Of a DNA stretch of 64,000 nucleotides, positions 19,074-29,837 are shown piece by piece. The notes under the pieces are model-generated. The model made no database searches, was not told the DNA's origin, and worked only from the letters and a program-made list of their open reading frames with translations. A program made the position numbers and the translations under genes. Every line of letters begins with the position of its first letter. Positions within the stretch are counted from its first letter, which is position 1. Origin of the DNA: Azolla caroliniana (lineage: Eukaryota; Plantae; Polypodiophyta); NCBI GenBank assembly GCA_043228905.1, contig JBHGNT010000014.1, positions 20,026,001 through 20,090,000 on the forward strand, written 5' to 3'.

Positions 19074-19335
19074 TGACCAGATGGGGAGCATCCACACCAT
19101 CCTTAAAGACACTTCAGATATTTGTGCAGTCGACCAGATGGGAGGCGTCCACACCACCCTTAGAGATACTCGAGATATCCGTACACTCGACCATATGGGA
19201 GGCGTCCACACCACCCTTAGAGACGCTCGAGATATCCGTGCACTCGACCAGATGGGAGGCGTCCACACCACCCTTAGAGACGCTCGAGATATCCGTGCAC
19301 TCGACCATATGGGAGGCGTCCAAACCACCCTTACA
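19074..19335. repeat. 57-bp minisatellite, ~4.6 copies
   Basis: Unit TCGACCAKATGGGAGGCGTCCACACCACCCTTAGAGAYRCTCGAGATATCCGTRCAC; head-to-tail, no spacers; yields 19-aa repeat ORFs in several frames. Confidence 0.95.
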
Positions 19336-20265
19336 GACATTGAAGTTCACAGAAAAGGAAACCACCATCTTGTAAGTTCCTGAACCGCATGATTACGTGT
19401 AAGACAGGTCAGGTCGTCTTTGAGCCAATCGGAATCCAACCTTGGTGGCATATATGACTTTACAACTGGAAAATGTAGTATTAAGCACATCTTTTAGGTT
19501 AAGAGGTGATAGGTATTTAACTTCCACCAAGGTGACTATGGTGACCCCTCATGTGTGCTAGTCATCAATGATGGTTGTAGTCATTCTTATCTCTCTCTTT
19601 CCACATTTACAAACGCTCTCCAAGCTACAACAAATGCAACTTGCAACATGGTATAGGCAACTTGCAACAAGCACACTCTAAAGGCATCTTATAATATCAT
19701 AGTTATTGAAAAGTAAACATGAACTTAAGAAAGCTTAGATAGAGTAAAACTATGATTGTATCTACCATGAAGAATAACACTTAGTAAAAATAAGGTCAAA
19801 GTTACTGATAAACTAAATCTGAAATATCAAACATATTCTTGGGAGAATAATGCAAGCATTTTGGACAAGAAAATAGTGAGGAGCAAAAAACAATAGAGTT
19901 AGTATCAAGAGTTAAGGAATAAATACATCTAAAAAATAAAAAGAGTCACATTCTTTGAGGGAATCTTATGGATTGTTTGCGTACCTCTCAGGAGTAAGAT
20001 AGATACTTCAAACATGCTTTTGGAGACCTCTTATTTACACCTTATCTTGTAATCCTTTTGAGATGGAATAGCAAATCCATGTTTTGAAGGAATTACATGT
20101 GCAATGTAAATCGTACGTGGATCGCAAAGCCACATGGGATTTCTAAATTATAAAAGATGTATCAATAAAATATATTTGGGTGGACTTGTTCAAGTTAGGT
20201 CAAACCCACAAAAGAAATAAATCAATATCTAAAGAGACAAAATGTGTAATAACACAATCTATCAC

Positions 20266-20776
20266 TAACAATCGGCAATGGTTCGGTTTGAACCGAACCA
20301 AACCACGGTTTAACGGCTTAATGGTTTCGTTCGGTTTGGTTTTAGCAGTAAAAAACCGCGGTTTAAACGGTTTAACGGTTTTTAATTTTTAATTTTTTTT
20401 AAAATTTTTTTAAAAATTTAAAAAAAAATTCTAAAAAATTTTAAAAATTGTTTTTAAACAATCTTTTCATTTTTACTCTTATTCTCACATTTTAGGAACA
20501 TCTTAAAAATTCTAAATAATGAAATATTATAAATTTAAAATAAAATAAAAATAAATTTGACCTATATTGAAAACCGAAACCGAACCACGAAACTGCGGTT
20601 TTTACGATTTAAAGGTTTAACGGATTGAAAAATGTTTAACGGTTCAGTTTAAAGGTTTCACGGTTCGGTTCGGTTCGGTTCAGTTCAAGTTTCAACATTT
20701 TAAAATGGTTCGGTTCCTAACCGGTTCGGTTTGGACCCTCTCAAACCGAACCGAACCGAACTGTTGCCGATTGTTA
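20266..20776. mobile_element. Non-autonomous hAT-superfamily DNA transposon (MITE-like, 511 bp)
   Basis: TIR TAACAATCGGCAA (20266-20278) / TTGCCGATTGTTA (20764-20776); perfect 8-bp TSD TCTATCAC (20258-20265, 20777-20784); many subterminal AACCG/CGGTT motifs; AT-rich core. Confidence 0.93.
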
Positions 20777-22915
20777 TCTATCACCAATGCTTGTATAATG
20801 AAGTAAATGACTTGCAGATTTGGCTTCCCAAAAATCATAGCCAACCAGGTTAGACACTAAATAATTATGTCGTTTACATTGGGCTCCTAGGTAGGAATTT
20901 TGTCGCATAATGAAAACAATGATTAAATACACCATGTAGTCAATTATGTTAAATAGAAATATTACATAGTCTATTCAAACATCAAACTCAAACATTACTA
21001 AAACATGAGGGTGCATATTTGTCTACAACAACCACGTGTTTTGACTCTCTCAAAGTTGGCTTAGTCTCTTTTTCATGTGAAAATGTCTTGGAATAAATTA
21101 TTCTTATCTTAACAAAAATTCAGCGCAAACCATTGAATTTATCAGTAAGTGGTAACATCACCAATAAATCCATGCTTTCTTATTCATTTGTTGGATTTTC
21201 TAGTGGTGTTTGCATCTATTCACCAACTTTAAGTTGTTCTACTTACACGCCTAACCAACGAGAAGTCCCCTTCACTAAACTTTGTCTGACATGAATGCTC
21301 GACACTTCAAGACATCATGATCATCTTTAGTACTAATAAGATATGATTCTATTCTATTTTGGTTTCGGGATGAACATGAAATTTTGTATAGTGGGTACCA
21401 CAAGCCCTCCTTGTTCCACCCTTCTCTAACACGTTGATGACCATGTGAAAAACCCTGAAGTCTTTGAGCAATCTGGGAAATGACATCTAATTCAAAGGTA
21501 ATATTATATAAATCATAGATATTTAAAGATAACAAATTGATTATTTGTTGCCCAACATTATGGTGCTCCCAAAATGTTTCCCAATAATGATGCATATGTT
21601 AACGATTATCATGCACATATTGATCATGTTGGTCAAGATGACCAATGATAGTTTCATCTCTCTCTCTCTCTCTCTCTCTCTCCCCTCTTCCATGGATGTT
21701 GAACATTACATCCACCACACACTACGATGTCCATACCTACTCCTAACATCATTGGTATTACGTGTGTACGTGAAAGATATTGAAATCCTTATTCTAGCTT
21801 AATAACTCAAGATAGGGTTTGATTGTTTGAATAACCCTACATGAGGCTAAACAATATGGTCAACTAATCTTCCAAGGGGCTAGTAGGTTTAAAACAACTA
21901 GGCTTTGAGTTGCACAATCCCAATCATTGTAAGGATGTACGAGCACCTATTACATTGTATAGTGAATGTGAGAATAGGACCAACAATATGTTAGGCTCAT
22001 GATAACGACCCCCATTGGTCGATTATGACTATTGTGACTTAGTTTACCCTCACAATATTAACACAATCATTCCCATGTCATAGTTTGTTATAGGCATAAC
22101 CCTACTTGGATAAATTCTAAAGCTAATTTAGGATAGTTGGTTTTCCCAACTATCATACCCTTAATCCATTAAATTTAGCTTTAGAACTAGTCCTTAAGGT
22201 TATCCCCTTCATTACCACATATTGACACGTTGTCAAAACTCTATTGGTGAGGCTAAGCTCCCCTTTATACTTTCCAGCACCTAAGGCTCCCAAACCACCA
22301 CATGTTTCCACGTGTTATATGTCCTTATGGGTTTGCCACTCTTTTTAATCCATTAAAATTAGCGTTAGAATTGGTCCTTAAGGTTATGCTTATAACATAG
22401 TCCATTTATGATTTGCAATGTCATCAAAAGATTCTCGGTCATATCACCACACAACCTATAATAACTTTCAATCATCAACACTACACCAATCGCCTATTTG
22501 ATCCTCAATCTCCTCATTTAAAGTGGCTAGTACTAATAGGATCCCCTAAAAATGTTGCCATGATGCCATTGATCATGATAATCCTCACCGACTTTGGAAA
22601 TAGCTACAAAATCTTATACATATTTATGAGTGTCCTTTTTTGTGGTTGTTGCATTACCACCATTGATTGCTTAATAATTTTAAAATAAGGTTTCTATCAA
22701 CACAAGGTGCACCTAAAAGAAGTTGTGTGAATACAACAAAGAACATATTGGATGAATCTAAATTACACCAAAGTCCAATAGGTGGACAAACAACTTAGGA
22801 TAGAACTCATTACGAAGCTAAAATAGGCAACATGTTTTAGTGGAAGTTGAATGCACCAATAACTTGTGGCCCATTCCCACTACCGTTCAGGGATGCAATA
22901 CATTAGTTGCTCATG

Positions 22916-23279
22916 ATGGTATAATTTCTTGAATGGTCTTCCAAGAACTATGTCAAATTCGCATGATGCTAGAAGATTTTGGAAAGACAACATTCATCAT
23001 GGAATTGGGCATCTTTACAACTACAATGATATATTAGCGCTTGAGATACATCATCAACATTCGAATTGATTACTACTTATGTGTTTGAGACATCAATGTG
23101 ATGGTATAATTTCTTGAATGTTATTCCAACAAGTATATCAAATTTGCATGGTACTTCTAGATCATGAAAAGACAACCTTCATCATGGACTTGGGTGTCTT
23201 TACAATTGCGATGATGCGTTAGGGATTGAGACTACCTAATCAACATTGGATTTTATTACTATCGATGTGTTTGAGACAT
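22916..23279. repeat. Old ~185-bp tandem duplication
   Basis: ATGGTATAATTTCTTGAATG...GAAAGACAAC.TTCATCATGGA.TTGGG..TCTTTACAA...TGTGTTTGAGACAT present twice (from ~22916 and ~23101). Confidence 0.75.
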
Positions 23280-23734
23280 ACATACAAAAAACAATGTAGT
23301 ATCCTTCAACTACTTTTGTTGTGTTTGATGCAACGGTGGATCAATGACCAAGAAGCATTACTAAGTCAAAACTCGACAAAATGTGTATTCATTGTGTTGA
23401 GTAGAATGCAATGAGGACAAAATAAGTTATTGCAATGGATGCAATATGAAATCATTGACTTTAATACATATTATAAAACACCTTAAGCATCACCACAATT
23501 ACAAATTTACAACTTATCATGCATCAACATAAGCATGTATTCTTTTTTAATGTAGTAAATCATTCAAAGATTGTCTTTCTTCCAAGGATCAAAGTATTTT
23601 AGATGTTGGTTATTTCCTTCTCTTAGATGGATAACTTCGACCACAACTTGTTTTAGAAAATCTTAATTTTCCTTATTTCCCATACAATGTTCAAGGAACT
23701 TTTTGGTGGTGATATTGGCAAAAAGAAAAACTTC

Positions 23735-25264
23735 TTTTCTTTTTTTTCCAAAAAAAACACTACTTCGCATTAGTTAGCAAACGAAGTACATCAAAATTCA
23801 GCCATGATCAACAAAACTCACACTACTCCACACAAAACTAAGCATAGTCCCCACCTTGCTATTTACAACAAAAGTATCCTGCTACCTCTTTTTACATGGT
23901 AACCACATAATTACATCTTCTGTCCACTAATGGAAGCCAATGACGGAAACAACCATCTCGGTGCTTGGTAGTTCCATTTAGGCCCTGACGTTGAATTTAC
24001 CATCATAGGAGAACGACCCCATTTCAGCAAAAACTTTGACTGAGCCCTTTCTACTTCATCCGAGTTCCCTTCAATTGAGTTGTATCGTCTGCGCAGCCAA
24101 GATACCAGCTCAAACCAAATGTTTAGCAACACTTCACCGCTTGGGAGTTTTCGTTGCTAAAAAACAAACATACATCGTCTGGTCCAAATGTGCCAGACCG
24201 AGAAGCATGCCACCAACATCCATATCTCCTAAAAAAAACTAGAGTTTGTACCAGGTTTCACTCTGACACATTTGAATACACTGCCACCCTACACTATAAA
24301 TCCATGACCATGTGGATTTAGTTGTTCCGCCCAGTCTTCCCTAGTTAGCTTCAAACCCTGTAAGGACCCCCACACAAGTCTCCCATTCACATCGCATGTT
24401 GCCACTATCCTGTGACTTCTACCCCAAATGTTGATTGCCTTTGCACAGTCCCAAAAACAATGAGGTATCGATTCCAAAGAGTGACCACATAACTTACAAC
24501 TAGCCTCCCCACCACGACACCTCATCCACTCCCCTACGGGTATCGCCTTATGACCAAGAAGCCAAAACCAAACCTTTATTTTTTATGGCATATCCAATGC
24601 CCATAGTCTCCTCCAAAACGACTTCAACAAGTCATATGATATGCCTTTATCCCTCCAACTATTGCGAGTCTGAGCAGCGCCCACCGATTTGGAGCCAATG
24701 ATTTGCCTTCTGAGCTTAGTATTATAATAAAAAAAACCCTCTAGTTTGTTCGTTCCCGGTTTCTGCCACCATACCTCTAGTGGATCCCACTCCAAATCAT
24801 GTAGGGGCTTGTTGTCAAATAGCCATAGTTTACAACCATTATCTAGCTTCCCTAGGTCCGGGTTTACTTGCCACTTCTTACCTTCTAACACTGCCACCCG
24901 CACTGCCAGCCACCGGCCATTATCGGACAAAGCACTTAGGTTTCCCCACAAACGATATTGATTAGATGGGCACTTGCCACGGATAATTTGTCCATCACTC
25001 TCACCTACAAACCACCCAAACCAAAACCCCTCTTCCTTATTGAACCTTGCTAGACCATCAACAACCTTGTTTATCAGTTGGGTCACCTTCTCAAGCCTAC
25101 CAGAAATGCCACCAAACTGACCCTCACTCCCCTTCATTCTGAAAACATCCCAATCTCTTACTGAACTAACATTGTACCCTAACATGCGCCCCCATGGCAA
25201 ATATTTTTTCTATCCAAACATCATGTCTCCTTCGCTTCTAATCCAAGGGTTCCAAAATAGCGGC
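23735..25264 (-). mobile_element. L1-clade LINE 3' fragment (ORF2 C-terminus with zf-RVT), decayed
   Basis: PLFWNP, LEWDPLEVWW, FWRRLW, CKLC..ESIPHCFWDC, C-terminal PRWLFP; poly(A) tail reading as T-run at ~23735-23747. Confidence 0.85.
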
Positions 25265-26345
25265 TGTCGGAGTTCATCTGCGCACGAAATGGGGATAAGA
25301 TGGAGGTGCTGCCGGAAGCACACGGGCATTCCTCGAAGTAGCGCGAGCCTCCCGAAACCTGTAGAGAAGAGCAATAGAGAACAGACAGAGGAGAAGCGTT
25401 TGGTTCCGGTCCGACAGCACTTCGTCCTCCTCAATGCGCGATCCCTTCTCCCTGCGTCTCCCTCTCCTTTATAGCGTCAAGAAGGGAGCCGTCTCCCTCA
25501 TTTACTTCCTACCTACCGAATCTAACTACCCCGGATCTCTCTCAGTACCTAATTCTCTATTATATACATTGAGAGCGCGCACACGTTGTCGGGGTTGCTA
25601 CGCCCTTGCGTGCAGAAAGGAGGAGGGACCACGGGGGTCTTGGACCGAAGAGCAAGAGAGAGAGAGGAGAAGGAGAGAGAGACCCGATTACACAGAACCG
25701 AAGATTGCACAGGGACACGGCCCAACAAACAGAGATCACAAATAAACGCCGACGCAGATGGACGCAACAACGAAAGATATGTACTTATGAATGCGGGAGA
25801 ATAACAGACTAAAGTATTACAACCCACGGTGGGGCACGAAATAGATACTAACGAAAACGAACAGGGCGGCGAACAGATGCCGACCCCTGTATGTCGCGAC
25901 GCACAGAAAAGGGGAAAACAGGTCGGAGGTGCTGCAGGACGCACTCGGGGCGTTCCCCGGAACAGCGCAAGCCTCCTCGAAACCTGCACAGGTACGCGAT
26001 GGAGCAGAAGACAGAGAAAGCAGGAGTGAGAGAGGAGCTTCGAAATCGGTTCGGCAGCACTTCCTCCTCTCCGCGCGAGAGCCCCGTTCTATTCTTCCTC
26101 TTCCTTTTTATATCCCGTCAAGAGGCCGTTTGGCATTAACTGCATACCAACCGAATCTACCCACCTAGGATCCTCGTATGTACCTACTTCGTCCTTAGGT
26201 ACTTCTTGGCGCGCGCGTGCGTGTAGAGCCGTTTTCCCACGCCTTGTTCCTCCGATTCCCCTTGTGGGCGGTATCCGCCCCCACCTAACCGCGCATCCAC
26301 CGGCATGCGCCAAATTAAGTTGGCACGGAGAAAACCGGCCCGCCT

Positions 26346-29300
26346 TTACCCTTCGCCTGCCGGCCCTTCCTCGGCCTCGGATCGGTCGTCGCTGCTGTCC
26401 AGGAGAATCGGGTCGGGTTCGTCGTCGTGCCGCTTCTTGAAAGCTTTGATCCTCTTCCCGGCCACGGGTATCGCTATTCTCGTACCGTCGAGTTCCGCTA
26501 GATGATACGTCCCGTTGTCGTTGGCGCTCTGTACCGTGTACGGCCCGAACCATCTCCGTGCGAACTTCCGCGTTGCTCGGTGCTGGTTGTCGAGGCTGCT
26601 GTCGTAGACGAGCACCCAGTCACCTTGTTCGATCTTCTTCGGTCGGAGTCGGTGCGTTCGGTCGAACCTGGCCTTGTTCTTTATCCTCGCCACTCGGATC
26701 CTTTCTGCAGCCGTCTCCACGTCCTCCGGTCTCCGTTCGAGTTGTCGTATACGCGCTGCCAACAAGTCCTCCCGGCTCATCTCGTCCCTCCAGTCGACCG
26801 TTGCCCATGAGGAGATTGTTCGTTCCATCGGCATGATCGGCTTCTGGCCGAACATGAGCTCTGTCGGCATGTACCCGGTTACCGAACTGTGCGTAGTCCG
26901 GTCGGCCCACAAAGCATAAGGTAGAAGTCGCGGCCAGTTACCGATTTGGCCCCCGCACGCCCGAACCAGCGCTTTAACGATCGGCCCGTGTCCGCGCTCC
27001 ACCTTTCCATTCGCCTCCGGGTTGTACGCAGTGGTGAGCGAGAGCTTGACTCCCAGCCGATCAAACAGCTCCGTGGCTTCCTCGGTGTCCAACTCCCCTC
27101 GGTCAGCCACGATCTTCCCGACGCACCCGTACCGGCATATCACGTCCTCGATCAGGAACCGACACACGGCCGCGGTCGTCTTATTCTGAAGGGCTCGGCC
27201 TTCCACCTGGTTCGTCAGGTCTTCCCGCGCTAGGACCAGATACCGCATCTGTCCTACCCCCATCGGCATCGTCACTAGATCTACCATCCATTTGAAGTGG
27301 ATAGTCGGAGGGTACGTAGGGCGAAGCCCGTCCCGGTGTCGGACTATCGAGTGCATCTGACAACTCTCGCAAGTTGACACGAACCGATGCACGTCCCGGT
27401 ACAATCCCGGCCACCAGTACTTCCCCTTCAGCTTCTCAAATGTCGCCCACGTTCCACGGTGTCCAGCCCAAGGGCTGTCGTGGTAGGCCGCCAGTAGCTC
27501 CTCCTGTTCTTCCTTCATCGCCACCACCCGGAGCGGGACGCCGTTCCTCTTCTTCGGGTGCTTCCACAAATGCCCATCTCGGAGAAAGAATCGATATGCT
27601 TTCTTCCGGATCCGGTTGGCCTCGTCCTTCGTCCATGACGCATCGGGCGTCATTGTCTTCAAAAACCCGCCGATCTGCAGCCACTCCCCGTCGTACTTGC
27701 TCGCGTCGAACTCGTTAAGCGCCGGAGTGCTCATCCCGTCGGTCGTCATGTATGCCGCCTCGAAGAAATCCACGCCGACTTCTTCGTCTTCCGAAACCAT
27801 GCCGCCCTCGTCGTCGAACCTCGCTCTTGAAAGCATGTCGGCCATGGCGTTGTCTTTCCCGGAAATGTGTCGTATTTCCGGGTCCAGGGACTTGATGTAC
27901 GCTATCCACCTGAGCATCGCCAGGTCCGGAGTCGCGCATCCGGAAACCATACCGAGAATCGGCAGGCAATCCGTCTCGATGATCACTTCTGTCCCTATCA
28001 GGTAGTCTTTGTCGGCCTTAACCGCCGAAACAATACCCCAGAGTTCGCGTTTAACCTGGGCGTACCCTCGCTGCCGTTCACTGAGGACTTTCGCGCCGAA
28101 TCGGATCGGAAACCGACTGCCGTCCTCGTCTTCCTGGTTCACGACCCATCCGATCCCGGTCGGACTGGTATCCACCGTTATGAATACCGGGGTACCCTTC
28201 CCGTATACCGCCTTCCGAAGTGCCGGTGCCGCTGCAAGAGCCTCTTTCAGCTTCCGGACCGATTCCGCGTGCTCGTCTAGCCATTCGAACCTTCGCCCCT
28301 TTTTCAGCAACCCGTACAGTGGCTCAGCGACGTGTGCGTAATGCGGGATCCATATGTGGTAGAACGCGCATGCCCCCAGGAATCTCCGTACTTCCGTGAC
28401 CGAGCTGCAGTCGGGCTTCATCGCGGAGATGGCTTCTACCTTTGCCGGAGACGGTTTCCGGCCATATGGTCCGCACAGGTGTCCGACCACCATGATTTCT
28501 GACTGCCCGAAGGCCGACTTCTCCCCGGAGAAGGTGAGTCTCGCATCCTCTAGCTTTTGCAGCACCTTCTCGCAGTCGTCGATGTGCGTCGCCACGAATC
28601 GCCGGCATCCGTCCGGCCCGATCGTCTCGTCCCTTTCTTCCACCGGGCATCCCTTGATCGGGATGTCGTCCAGAAACGGCATGGTGATGTCCGGGATACA
28701 GTCCCTCAGAACCTTGTTCATCGCATTCACCATGTGGGCCACCGAGTTGGTCCCTCCTTGCGGCAGTGTACACATCCGAACTAGGCCAAGGGGAGTTCGC
28801 ATCGTCGTAATGTCTCTGCTCTCCACGGCTAGCTGGAACTGGTCGTACCCTGAGTATAGATCCCCGACCGAGTATATTGACCTTCCGGCGAAGGCCTCCG
28901 CGAACTCGTCTATGGTCGGTCCTATCCCTGCGTTCCGAATGGTCACTCGATTGACCGGCTGCAGGTCCTGGATGAAGCGCAACGAACCGTTTTTCTTCGG
29001 TACGGTAAACCATCGATTCGAATATGGGGCGCTCGACGGCTCGAGAATTCCCATATCAACTTTTTGCCTCAGCAGCTCCATCAACTTCGGGATGTGAGCT
29101 CTCGGAACCGGGATTGGCTTGAGATTCCATGGTACATGCGGTACCGTGAATATCACCATCGGCTCCACGATCGTCGGGTCCACGCACCCGATTTCCTCCG
29201 GTGAGAATGCGAAGGCTTTCCCGTGCCTTCCGAGCATTCTCCGAAACCGGTCTTCCTCCACCGGCAGTAGGAACCCGCCCCCACCGATTTTGAGCTCTCG

Positions 29301-29837
29301 GAGCGTCTCGTCGGTGAAGGTGTGTCCTATGCAGGCCGGATCTCGTAGACTAGGGTCCGATGCAACCCCTTTGATTCTCGACGCGCTGTCCTCCGGTAAG
29401 GGTGCCGCGACTGGCCTTACCTTCCGGTCCACAGTCTTGTACTTGGTGCTTACATGGGCCGTCCGAACTGACTCGAGCCCTCGACCGAAGTCCGCGATGA
29501 CTTCGTACATCTCCTCGGAACACACCGGTATCGTCCGGTCTCCGTTAAGGCCTTCTTCAACTACCTTTCCCAGCATTCCCAAGGTGTCGTCGAATGAGAC
29601 CGCCTCCACGGCTCCGTTGATTTCCTCGTCAGGGCCGAGAACTCCGCACGCTCGAAGTCTCCCCTCCGCCTTTCTCTTCTCTCGGCCGCCGATGCCGGCT
29701 ATCGTACACGCTCCGCTGTCGGAGAACAAAAATTCCCTACCTATGGTACAAGGTTTCTTCGGTTTTATCGTACAGGTGTGGGGTTTTCCCGGGGTGTCCG
29801 GACTGTCGCGGCCCCACGCCTTGGCAGCCCTCTCTAA
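26346..29837 (-). CDS. pol: Pol (RT-RNase H-integrase), -1 frame relative to gag-pro
   Basis: KYKTVDRKVRPV, DLYSGYDQ, LPQGGTNS, FLDD, RNase H TVDTS..ETDC..ADMLSR, integrase HHCC and D,D35E (VDL..ADRGE..KVE), GPY; frame is open upstream of the annotated TTG up to the gag stop. Confidence 0.93.
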   Translation of the reverse strand, partial: LERAAKAWGRDSPDTPGKPHTCTIKPKKPCTIGREFLFSDSGACTIAGIGGREKRKAEGRLRACGVLGPDEEINGAVEAVSFDDTLGMLGKVVEEGLNGDRTIPVCSEEMYEVIADFGRGLESVRTAHVSTKYKTVDRKVRPVAAPLPEDSASRIKGVASDPSLRDPACIGHTFTDETLRELKIGGGGFLLPVEEDRFRRMLGRHGKAFAFSPEEIGCVDPTIVEPMVIFTVPHVPWNLKPIPVPRAHIPKLMELLRQKVDMGILEPSSAPYSNRWFTVPKKNGSLRFIQDLQPVNRVTIRNAGIGPTIDEFAEAFAGRSIYSVGDLYSGYDQFQLAVESRDITTMRTPLGLVRMCTLPQGGTNSVAHMVNAMNKVLRDCIPDITMPFLDDIPIKGCPVEERDETIGPDGCRRFVATHIDDCEKVLQKLEDARLTFSGEKSAFGQSEIMVVGHLCGPYGRKPSPAKVEAISAMKPDCSSVTEVRRFLGACAFYHIWIPHYAHVAEPLYGLLKKGRRFEWLDEHAESVRKLKEALAAAPALRKAVYGKGTPVFITVDTSPTGIGWVVNQEDEDGSRFPIRFGAKVLSERQRGYAQVKRELWGIVSAVKADKDYLIGTEVIIETDCLPILGMVSGCATPDLAMLRWIAYIKSLDPEIRHISGKDNAMADMLSRARFDDEGGMVSEDEEVGVDFFEAAYMTTDGMSTPALNEFDASKYDGEWLQIGGFLKTMTPDASWTKDEANRIRKKAYRFFLRDGHLWKHPKKRNGVPLRVVAMKEEQEELLAAYHDSPWAGHRGTWATFEKLKGKYWWPGLYRDVHRFVSTCESCQMHSIVRHRDGLRPTYPPTIHFKWMVDLVTMPMGVGQMRYLVLAREDLTNQVEGRALQNKTTAAVCRFLIEDVICRYGCVGKIVADRGELDTEEATELFDRLGVKLSLTTAYNPEANGKVERGHGPIVKALVRACGGQIGNWPRLLPYALWADRTTHSSVTGYMPTELMFGQKPIMPMERTISSWATVDWRDEMSREDLLAARIRQLERRPEDVETAAERIRVARIKNKARFDRTHRLRPKKIEQGDWVLVYDSSLDNQHRATRKFARRWFGPYTVQSANDNGTYHLAELDGTRIAIPVAGKRIKAFKKRHDDEPDPILLDSSDDRSEAEEGPAGEG

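Noticed and set aside
19074-19335. Repeat array as CRISPR or repeat protein gene
   Set aside because: Head-to-tail units without unique spacers, no cas genes, eukaryotic context; ORFs open in several frames only because the unit is 57 bp.
20900-23700. Possible decayed DNA-transposon coding sequence
   Set aside because: No motif I could assign; only short degenerate duplications.
25434-26168. ORFs duplicated at 32004-32585
   Set aside because: Lie within the two LTR copies; GA-rich low-complexity, not genes.
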